A stretch of DNA of 64,000 nucleotides, taken from NCBI RefSeq assembly GCF_032062105.1, contig NW_026928671.1, forward strand, positions 124,001 through 188,000. Reading direction: 5' to 3'. The stretch is from Saccostrea cucullata (lineage: Eukaryota). Shown one piece after another: positions 13,046-23,500 of this stretch; position 1 is the stretch's first letter, and the number at the start of each line of letters is the position of its first letter. The position numbers were made by a program, and so were the translations under genes. The notes beneath the pieces are model-generated. The model did no database searches, was not told the origin of the DNA, and saw nothing but the letters and a program-made list of their open reading frames with translations.

Positions 13046-16000
13046 TTATGTGGAAAATGGTTGATATTCTTTTGACCTTTTAATTCCCTCCTTCAGAAAA
13101 ACATTGTAGTAATAGGCATGGGAATCTTCAAATCTGCAACAAAAATGGACAATGTTGATAATGGGTGGTGAGTATTATTTTTACACAGTTCTAAAAAATG
13201 CATCGGGCATGAAAGGAGCTGATTTCTGTATTGCATGCTGCAGGAATTTCATGTAGTGGTACTCTTGTGGACCATTAAATCTGCCAAGAAAAAAAAAATC
13301 AGAATTCAGAATTAGTCCTTTTAAGCAAACATATTGAATATTCATGCACTAAAAAAGTTTTGATTTTGCCCTTTCTTCTTTCAATTAAGTTTATTATATT
13401 AAGAAAGCCCAAATAACGTTTCCTATTGCTTCATGTTTTCTTATCAAAGTATGTATGTTAGAAACAGGTAAAAACATTTTCTTATAAAAGTATGTTAGAA
13501 AAACAGGCAAAACATTATATTATCAAAATATGTTAAAAACAGGCCAAAAAAGGAGATAACTATTAATAAACAACACACCAACATTTTCAAAGGGTCTGAA
13601 GACAGTTTTACCAAAGCCACAAGTGACGGAATGTTAGAGGCATGCACAATATTAAAATAAGCAGTATATACTCAGACCTTAGAGAACACAGAGATTATTA
13701 ACACAAAAGATAACAAATTGATAGATCATTTATCTGAAAATGTTAAGCTGTTTATCAAAATTGATTCAGTTAATAAGTATACTTTTTTATCAACTGAATA
13801 TTTTAGGTTTATGGTTAATTACACTGCAGATAATCATCTCTTAGTTTTAAAAATAGAGATTGTGCTAAAAGGGAGATAAAAGGAAGCATTGGCATGTTTC
13901 TAGACTGTGAATAATGAAATCAAAGTTTGCTGTTAACTATATTCAAATATCATATTTGGTACCCCCCCCCCCCTTTCTTTTCACATATAACAACCCATCT
14001 GTTCCAAAATTGATTCATAAAAGGATAATGAGCATGTCCATGCATTTTGTTCTGACAGGGGCTATGTCACTGACACTGAAGTGCATTGATGGCCAAAAAT
14101 GTTAATGATGTTAAGTTCACAACAGTGAGACAATGTGGTAAGCAAAAACAAGACCTGTGAGCATTAGATAAGTACCAGTAAAACTTTTCAAACACTTCCA
14201 AGTGTTGAAAAAGACTAAACTATATTCATCGCTGCCATACATACCCATCTGCTTTGAATTTTTCCATATCTTGTTTTAATCGGGGGCACATCGAGTCCCC
14301 CTGAGGTCCTCCTAGCCTACTAGAAGCTGTAATTCTCTTGGGTTTAGGATTGACTTTTTCGATGAATTCCCTGTAAAAAGTTTACCTTATGATAGAAGTT
14401 CCCAAATACGTAAATGGGTAATATAATTTTACATTCTTAAGCACATAAATACCAGTAATGCAAATCCCTATCTATTCTTGATTACTAGTTTATAATCAAC
14501 CTGTTGGAAGTGTGTTTAATTTTTTTTGTTTCACAAATGAAACCCCCTTCCCCTCTTCCCTTCCAAATGTTCAATGTTTCAACTCCAGGCAAGTCATCTC
14601 CATTGTCATGTTTTTCACTTCCTGAGGAATAATACTCTGACTTATTCATAATATATTTAACATCATGCTAAAAACTACTTTATTGTGTTGGTAACTTGTG
14701 TTAGTAGCCTCTGCTTAGAAGATTTAAACCGATATACTAAATTACAGAAATAATCAAACAATATGATTCATGCATGCAAAACGTTGGGATCATTATAAGG
14801 GAAACCCATGGCCCATGCAGACAAATTCATATCCGAAACATGCATATAATTCTAAATACCCAACCAAAGATAAAATGCTTGTACAATTTGTTCTACATAA
14901 TTCCAATGGCTGCTAAATCCTGATATCTATGGAAAAACTTGAGAATATGATAAAATTTTGGACAGTTAGCTAAAATCTTAAGGAGTTTTTTATTATTTTC
15001 TGTTTAGAGATGTAATCATAAGTATTGCTTTAAATGCTCAATAAATGAATTGTCTGCTTAAATGAATTTGTAAAAATTAGTAAAACATGCAAAGCAAATT
15101 ATATCATGTCTACACTTTACACTTTCTTCAATAAATTGTTAATATTTTTTAAAAATCATTTAAGTGGTGAATCTGTTCCAAATTCCTGAAATCTAAAACA
15201 AAACCATTAATGCTTCTCTTTCCCATTTCTTCAGCTCCTTTCAGATATACATTGTATATATGTAAATACTGTATGTAGTTGATGTAACATGTAAAATGTT
15301 CATCCCAAGAAAATCACTGTGAAACAATGCCACGAGTTGCTGAGGTTAACACAATGGTTTTCTTGAGTGAAAATTTTCAATGCTACCCACAACTGTATGC
15401 AATAAATGTTTTATTTTTCTATTTGCTAAATCAGAACTGTATACATACCAAGACCATATTTTTTGTTATACCAATCATTGTGAAGTTAGATTTTCTCTTG
15501 CTATATAAAGTCACACTGGAGGGCATGATTCTTCTCAAAGATGGCAACAATATTGTTGTTTAATGTTTTTTTTTCTTTTTTGACCAATCAGTATTTGGAA
15601 TGAATTTGAATAATTTGCATAAGATCAATATATAATAAAAGGCAATAAAACATTTTCCATGTTTGCATCACTTGAAAAAAAAAAAACTTTATAAAATAAC
15701 ATAACATTTATATCAGCATCATTTCAATCCCAAGCAACAGTCAAATTGCTAAAAATTGAAGAAAAATTAGCTGGAATGTAAAATATTTAAATATTTTAAA
15801 AAAGTGTAATAGGATCTGGGTGTATTGGCCAAATAGCTAAGTGGTAAAACATCTGTATATTTAAGGAATGGTTCAAGGTTTGTGTCTTAGTCTGGCCAAA
15901 TCTGTTACATTTGAAACCATTAGTTTTGAGGATCAAGTATCAGTTTTATAAATGCTTTTCAGACAGAAATCTTCAAGGATACAGGAAATAAAGGACTCTT

Positions 16001-19000
16001 TCATGAACAAGTGTCATTTATTTCCTATTTCAGTACAGGAGTGTTTTTTCCAAGGACATCTAGTCAACAGTACAATCATCAATCTCTTAATCCTACAACT
16101 TGACTTGACAGTTTTGTGTAAGTGTAATGTGTTGTTCTGTTTTAAACCATAAATCTTAATCATATTTTTCAAATAGATACCATAGTTTTATCTTATTAGC
16201 ATTCATGTTTTTTTTTCTTAACTTCTTTATTTGCTTGGGGGATGTTCAGCAATCCATATATATATATATATATTTTCAAAGTTAACCTCATCTCACTCTG
16301 ATAAATTTTAATATGTAAAACTAACAGAATCTCGTCAAGGATTGTCCTATTTTATTCAGTACATGTGTATTTATTTTTCAACATGTGGAATATCCCTTCC
16401 ACTTACCCAAAAGTCCCAGCCAGAGTACTGAACAGGGAGGGCTCCGTTTCACCGTCTGCCCCCTCATCCATGAACTCATTGGCATTGACCTTGTGGAGAA
16501 TGGTGCCATTAGGCAAGGCCACCATCATCATGACTGGGAACTTGTAGTTCTCCAGGAAGTGGGCGGCTACCTTGCTGTACTCAGGCTGATGAGGATCTTT
16601 CTCAAGTTCCTGGAAAAAATAGACCATAAATAGTGAAACTTTCTGCATTAAAATGGATAAGTTTGATTATATTTTATTTAAATGATGTGTTTGTCAGCAA
16701 ATGTAGAAACTGTTTAACTGTAAAGCACTTCGCAGGGTTGTTCCTTAGAATTAAAATTGAAGGAGACATTAAAATAAAAGGTGTGTCTGGGGTTTTTACC
16801 ATATCAAGAGGCTGGAGGGGAATAGCAGGATAACCAAGGGATTATGTCATCATTGGCCAGGAATTAAGGACATCTATGACTTAGTATGTATTTCACATAA
16901 TAAGTGATTTGGAATGACTACAAGAAGAATATGAAGTTAAACATGAAAATTTAAAATACTTTGATTACATTATGACACAATGAATTCTATAGGACTGGGT
17001 AAGAACATGTATCTCTTTATTAATGGTCTATAAAATGAGACACATCTATTAGTATAATTGTCACATTTACCTTCAAATCAGCGACGAGTGACCAGCTGCT
17101 GACAAAGCTCTCGTTGAGGAGAGCCAGGATGGGCGTACTCTCGAGGGCTGTTTCCCTCAGAGTACGCCCGGAACCTCAGCAACTCTGATCGTCCAGCGCA
17201 CCCCAAAGTAAGATGTGGTGAACCAGACGATTCTCTTTTTTGGCTATTTCAAATGCATCTGTGAAGTTGTGGTACACAATCTGCAATGTATAAACAGGAA
17301 CTGAGCATCTGTGGTTTGTGCAATGCAACTATTTTATTCACACATGCTCCTGAATGATCCTGATGTATGCATTTGGAGAGCAAATTTAAGGAATTAATAT
17401 AAACTATCAAAAATATAAATTTTACCTTCTTGAAAGGATAAAATGCTATTTCTAGATTCCTCTCAGCATCGTACATGGATATTTCCTTTGTCCATTTCAT
17501 ATTTTGGACAGTCTTAGCCATGTTTTTATCCTCGGGCAGTTCTTTCCCTTGATCCTCCTTGGGGACTTTCTTCGATGGACTAGAAATTTTAATCTCCATC
17601 TGAGGCATGAAGCCAATATCCACCTCCATGTTCTCATCTGTTTCTGGACCATTCAACCACTCCATGTCTGAAATATGTTATGTAAGATGTTTGAAGTCAA
17701 ACTGAGAAATCCCTGCCTTGATTCCTTTTTATAAAATTGAGCTACAATTTTCATTTCATTTAGTATTTTAAAAAATCTTAATCTTGATTGTTTTTACACT
17801 AAATAAATGATTGCACAACAATATTGATCATTTTAAAACGAATTAAATGATTGCACAAGAATTCTATCTATAAATACTTTACATGTACTTTTTACTGTCA
17901 AAATTTATCAGAGAAGAAAAAGCACTTGTTTGTTTACTGTTAAAACAGGTGTTACTCTTTTGCTGACTTGACATAATCAGTTACTTACCAATATTGAGAC
18001 GTTTGTCTGTGGGAACATACATGTGAAAATGCTGGATGTGTGAGCCATCTTGAGATATTATTAGATTGCCCTTGAATTGAGCTGGTGTTAACCAAAATGG
18101 GTAATATGGAGCCTCATTCAGCTGATACTCTGCATGGATTCTATAATAAATAACAAAAAGATATGTTTCATTTTATAATGAGGTATGTAAAATAAAGAGT
18201 TTAAATGTCTGGCAAAGAGGAGTGGGAAAGTTGGTTTTATAACTGGGATAAAACTTTAAATAAAAACAAATTCCAGGAAAAATCTCAACCTACACTGAAA
18301 GCATATAAAGGACATTTAATTAAACACAAATGTCAACATAATTTATAATTAGGTATGTAAAATAAAGAGTTTAAATGTCTGGCGAAGAAGAGTGGGAAAG
18401 TAGGTTATATAACTTGGATAAAACTTTAAATAAAAACAAATTCCAGGTAAAATCTCAGCCCACGCTTAAAGCATATAAAGGACATTTACCTAAACACAAT
18501 GTCCACATATTTGTCATTGAATGCCCTCACAGTGGCTTTGGCTCCTTGAGGAGCAAACCTGGTTCTGAGGAACGGACGAGGATGGAACATTGCTAGGAGT
18601 CTATGAATGAGGACTAATCTGTCCTCAACCTTAGGGGGATTATAGCGATTGCTGGATTTCATCTGCATGTCAAATTTGGCAAAGATCCCTTCATCCATAG
18701 TATAGATGTCGTAAACTTCTCCAACTTGACTAAGCAGTGCTTGGTCACTTGGGAAAAAGGCTTCCTTAAAGTGTCGAGCACCAAAATTATTCCACTCTTG
18801 GGTCAAAGTTGTCCACTTCTTCAACCCGATCAGGGAATCCATATTATCAGACAGGAACTAAAAAAGTCAAAATCATAAAGAAAATCTTAATTTCTATTGT
18901 TTTATGAATTTTACATTTTAATATTTTCTTTTTCTTGACCTCAGTCTTGTAAACATTTTGAAATTTAACATGCATATGGTATAAATGAGCTAATTTTAAT

Positions 19001-20144
19001 TTCGTTTTAGTTTCATACTTCAATTTAGACAAAATCAATCCCTGCACCATGCATCAAGCTGTTACATTTCAAATGGATTATCCCTTTTAGTCATAAAATT
19101 CAGCATCCATGATATATGCACAATGAAATGAAATTTTAACTGCCTGTTTGAGATAAATTTTATGATGTGCAACAGCTTTCAGAAGAAACAGTAACTTTTT
19201 TACATAATGTGATCTGTGCAATGCTGAAAATTATTGATTTTAAGACTTTATTGCCCAATCCAACATCATTTTTTTTTTTTTAGTGTCAGCAGCACTGAAT
19301 ACGTTATCATGTAATACTTACCGATTCATTGAAATCTTTTGTCATGGTTTCTAACAGAAGAGGTTGAAACCTGGCTCTGGCCGTCAAAACTTCATCGTCT
19401 TCATCGATCAGCTGTGTGTACTCTGGTACTGCTGTTATCTGTATAAATATTTAAAAAAAAATATCCTGGAGCAATTTTGAACATGTCATTTTCAGAAAAA
19501 AAGAATTATTAAAATCATATTTTGAAGAATTCGTAATTGCTGGCATTTAGATCATAATACCTTTGCAGGAAATAGTCAATATTAAATTTAATATATGTGG
19601 TAAATATATTATGCTACAATATTGCTCTCCTTACATTTACACCATCTCCTAGCAGCCTGTAGTACATAGCCTCATATTCCTCCAGAGACAGCTTTCCGTC
19701 CATATCTCGGTCATACTGACGGAAAAAGTCCACCCCTGCCTCACCAATGACACTTTTAAGTCCCGACTCAGGATCCCATGGGGCAATGCCATAGTAATAC
19801 TTCCACACCCTGTCTCCAACATACCCTCCCAAGGCAATAAAGCCAATGGCTAAAATCACCAAGACAGGATAACATATCCACTTGGGTATGGCAAATATGA
19901 TCCTGTTGGCAGGAATGTAGATAACATCAGGTTGTTGGTATGGCACTTGTTGCGGCAGAGGTTGCTGTTGCGGTGGTGCTTGTGACCCTTGTGCACTTGG
20001 CGTGTCTTGTCCTGTTTGCTCTCTATTTTTTGCTTGCTCTGCTTTAGGTTTTTGTCGACCTTGTTTTCGATTTCTTAATTCCGTCTCCCCGTCGCCCCCT
20101 GGGTCGGGGCCAGAGGGCTTTGCCGAATCCTCCTTCTTCGGCAT
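13046..20144 (-). CDS. SELENON: Selenoprotein N (ER membrane, EF-hand, SCUG motif); in-frame TGA = selenocysteine at 17176-17178
   Basis: Exons 19635-20144, 19322-19438, 18490-18857, 17989-18140, 17426-17667, 17071-17280 and 16407-16609, optional 14245-14370, then last exon 13181-13280 or 13046-13133; all phases are consistent. Motifs: N-terminal TM helix, EF-hand [53 protein letters not shown](U)[36 protein letters not shown], and C-terminal FED...FLKEG. Confidence 0.96.
17131..17169 (-). promoter_or_regulatory. Selenocysteine redefinition element (SRE) hairpin in SELENON coding sequence
   Basis: Six nt after the UGA (spacer GGTTCC) the sequence reads GGGCGTACTCT-GAGGG-AAACAG-CCCTC-G-AGAGTACGCCC. 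This is a 16-bp stem with one bulged G and a 6-nt loop, at the same position as the known SEPN1 SRE. Confidence 0.9.
18175..18509. repeat. ~170-bp tandem duplication spanning the SELENON exon 3 donor site
   Basis: Two similar copies start at 18175 and 18345 (ATAATxAGGTATGTAAAATAAAGAGTTTAAATGTCTGGC...GCATATAAAGGACATTTA..TAAACACAA.TGTC.ACATA). Confidence 0.9.
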
Positions 20145-20520
20145 TTCCCCTTCCAGCTAACGTGGCTACCTAGTCATGGAAGTAGTCACGTATACACTGA
20201 TAATAAAACTTCCTGATATAAATAGGACTACTGCGAAATACTACGACCTCGTTGCTTGCCTAAACAAGTCGATCCGGAACTCCTCGTGGGCGTGTGGTAG
20301 GCCCTTTAAATCTGAGAAAAAAAGATTTCTGTAATACAAGCTAACAAAGTAAATTATGACACGAATATAAAGCTTATTAAGAATAATGATGATTGATAAA
20401 TATTTAAATGCATGAAATGAGTGCATGTTATATAAATCTTTAAATAATGAAAATGAAAGTACACTTCATTTCTTTCGTAATCCCTCGGAACACTTTACTT
20501 TCGCAATCGCAGAAGTTGAC
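20145..20520. promoter_or_regulatory. Bidirectional promoter SELENON/AP5M1
   Basis: Head-to-head start codons are only 376 nt apart. The interval contains ETS-like cores (GGAAGT, ACTTCCTG, CCGGAA) and a partial E-box (GTCACGT). Confidence 0.7.
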
Positions 20521-23500
20521 ATGAGCATTCGAGCATTATGGATTGTTCCAATAGTACGGCATACTAATACTGATTTATTGCAAAACAGCATTTTATTAAG
20601 GTATTGCAAAATTCTTTATGTGTTATCTGCTCAAACTGCCATAAGAATCTTTTCAGGAGGAAAAAAAGGGGCGTTAACCATAGGCCATTCCAGAGACTTG
20701 TGTCTCTTGCCATTCCATATTCAATACAGACAAACAGACGAAATAGAACTAATAAATTTTTAGAGGCCCCTTTCTTAGTTAACTTTTACTCTTTCAAGTC
20801 AATAAGGAACTCCTAAAGAATTTTATTGCCGTATATATTCGCCTATAAGTCGGTCCGCCTATAAGTCGGTTGTATTTTTTTAGCTTATATGGCAAGAATT
20901 TGCCATTGACCCGCTTATAAGTCGGTTCAATTTTTGCAAGAATGAGATGACAATTTCTAGTAAATGCTCTGATGTTTTAACCTGATTTTAATGAATATTT
21001 TGAGAAATGAAGTCTATATTTATTTTTAAATTTAAAGAAAAGAATAATGCCCTCTTAAGATTAAAAAAAATAAAATTATAAACACATGTATAGTATTATA
21101 ATACATAAATGATTTAATATATGCAGGCTTTGTTCAGCGATAGCTGTTGGAAATGTTTGTAGAATACTACGATTTGCCATCCAGAAAAATATTAGTCTTT
21201 TAATGACTCGCCTATAGGTTGGACGTAGACTCTTTGACTAAATTTGAACTCCCAAAATACCGACTTATAGGCGAGTATATACTGTATAGGGGGAAAATAA
21301 CTCGCGGTGTTAATATTCGCTACATTCACGGTGTTGATAAATCCGTGAATTCAAGAAACAGTGAATAAATTTTCAATAATCTCCATGTTTTATTTGGAAA
21401 TTTGAGAATATATAGACTACGGTCGGTTTATGTACGTGCAGTTCATGGCCATTTCAGTAATTACGAGTAGTATTTGTCATTTAATTATTTTAATTATCAA
21501 GCTTTACTTTAATTCCAATTGGCAGATCATAAAATGTATTTGTTAAAAAGCTGTTTTAATAGCCAACGCTACATGTTTCCTCAATCAAAACACGTGGACC
21601 ATGGGTTTTGATTACCCGTGCGAAACTAATGTTACCACGTGTATTTGTTACCTGCATTATCATGCATATTAATTTTTATCGAAAATTTGTTTTTAAAATC
21701 ATTCAAATGAATATCGAACTTACTGAAGATGTGGAAGGATATTATTTCGATCGTCGGACTACATTAATACATTTATTACTGTCCAGTGGTTTTCGCCGCG
21801 TTGTATTGAAGATCTTAGAGTGTACATGAACTCATCGTAATAGCATAATATAGGAAAGTCATTTGCGTTTACAGTCAACGACGTTTGAAAACTGTACTTG
21901 TTTTAATTAATTAAGTCAATTACATGTATTTTTTATGTCTAACAATTTTATATTAACCAACCCCGTTGTTCGTGAAATAAAGACACTACGCTGATTAATG
22001 TCGTTTAGATGTAGCTATGGTATGGATTAAATGTATACAGACAAGGGAGGTAACTTTTATTATACATAAAAATTCGGCGAATTCAAGAAACCGCAATCGT
22101 GTCAGATGAGAGAAAAACTTGAAAATTACAACCCGTGAAATTAATCCCCTGTACAGTACTGTAAACTGTACGTTATAAACAATGCTAAATCAAGATGTAA
22201 CTACTGAACTAATTCAGGGACCTGTATACTAATAAAGTATAGTTAGTTTATAGGCCCCTGGTTAATCTCTCTACTTTTTAAAACATTTTTTTAGACACTA
22301 TCCTCTCATTGAGAAGAAAGCTAAGCTAGTGAATGGAGAAGACTATGTTTCATTGCCAAACCCTACAGAATTTTCTAATGCTCTTCTATTCGAGCTAGGA
22401 TACAGAGATGAAGAAAAGGTATTTATTATACCCATGCTGCACTATGAAATTACTTGTCATTAAACACAGCATTGAAATATTCAAAGTGGATTTAAGTTTG
22501 AAGAAATTATCATAATTTTTGCAAATGTGATAATCTGTTTGAAGAGTTATTCCCCTTATGGGACTCATTTCAGGCAAAATTCATTCAAGATCTCTTGAAA
22601 TTCTTAAATTATCTTACTGCTGAGCAATTACAATACATATTCAGATAAAATAGAAAGCCTAGAAATAAAGATTATATATCTACTTTGTAGTTCATACAGT
22701 CACGAGACACGTGTCAGAGGGTGGACAGGAAGCCAGTGTTTGAGGTGACCACATCAACAGGAACAATATGGCCGCTGGTGGTGGTGGAACAGGTATAATG
22801 CAAACAATTTGTTGTTCTTAAAGAAGAATATTTGACTGTCACATAGAATATTTAACAATGTATCATCATTTTCCCTATATGGATAATGTGCAGCTATATT
22901 ACCTTGGCTATAGAAATGCATTCCATCAAAACCATGAATCTTCACAATATATAATTTTGTCTTGTTTGGATGCCAGGATATGAGATATCAGTATTGATCA
23001 TACAAATACTGATACACCTTATAATAAGTCAAAACTGATTATCCTTAGCACTTTGCAATAAGAATGTTTAACTGTGTGTTGAATCACTGTCTTTATTACC
23101 ATTTATCAGAGGGGGCTTCTCTTTTGCTGTCTTCCATTGGTCCAAGAAAACCTGTCAACCAGACCAAATCTCATACAGATGTAAGTTATGCAACTGTTAT
23201 CATTTTATATAAGGCTGTTTAAAATTAAAACTACGTTTAACGTCACCCGCGCGCGTAGGTTTATGAGAAATTCGTCTTTGAAAAAAACAAACAATTCGGA
23301 ATTCTGTATGTCTGTTCCGGTTTGGTTCTACAATTAGCAACTGAATTCTGCTTCCCGTAGTGACAGAAAATGTGCTTTGCCGAGTTGGTGTCTTAATTAT
23401 TGAAGAAAACTAGTGAATTAAAGAGTTTGGGATCATAAATGTAAGTAAGAAAAAGACGATTTTATGATTAAGTTAATGACAAAGTCAAGTTTGCTGAGTG

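Noticed and set aside
17176-17178. Premature stop suggesting a SELENON pseudogene
   Set aside because: The TGA is at the conserved Sec position (SCUG), the frame continues intact, and SRE and SECIS elements are present.
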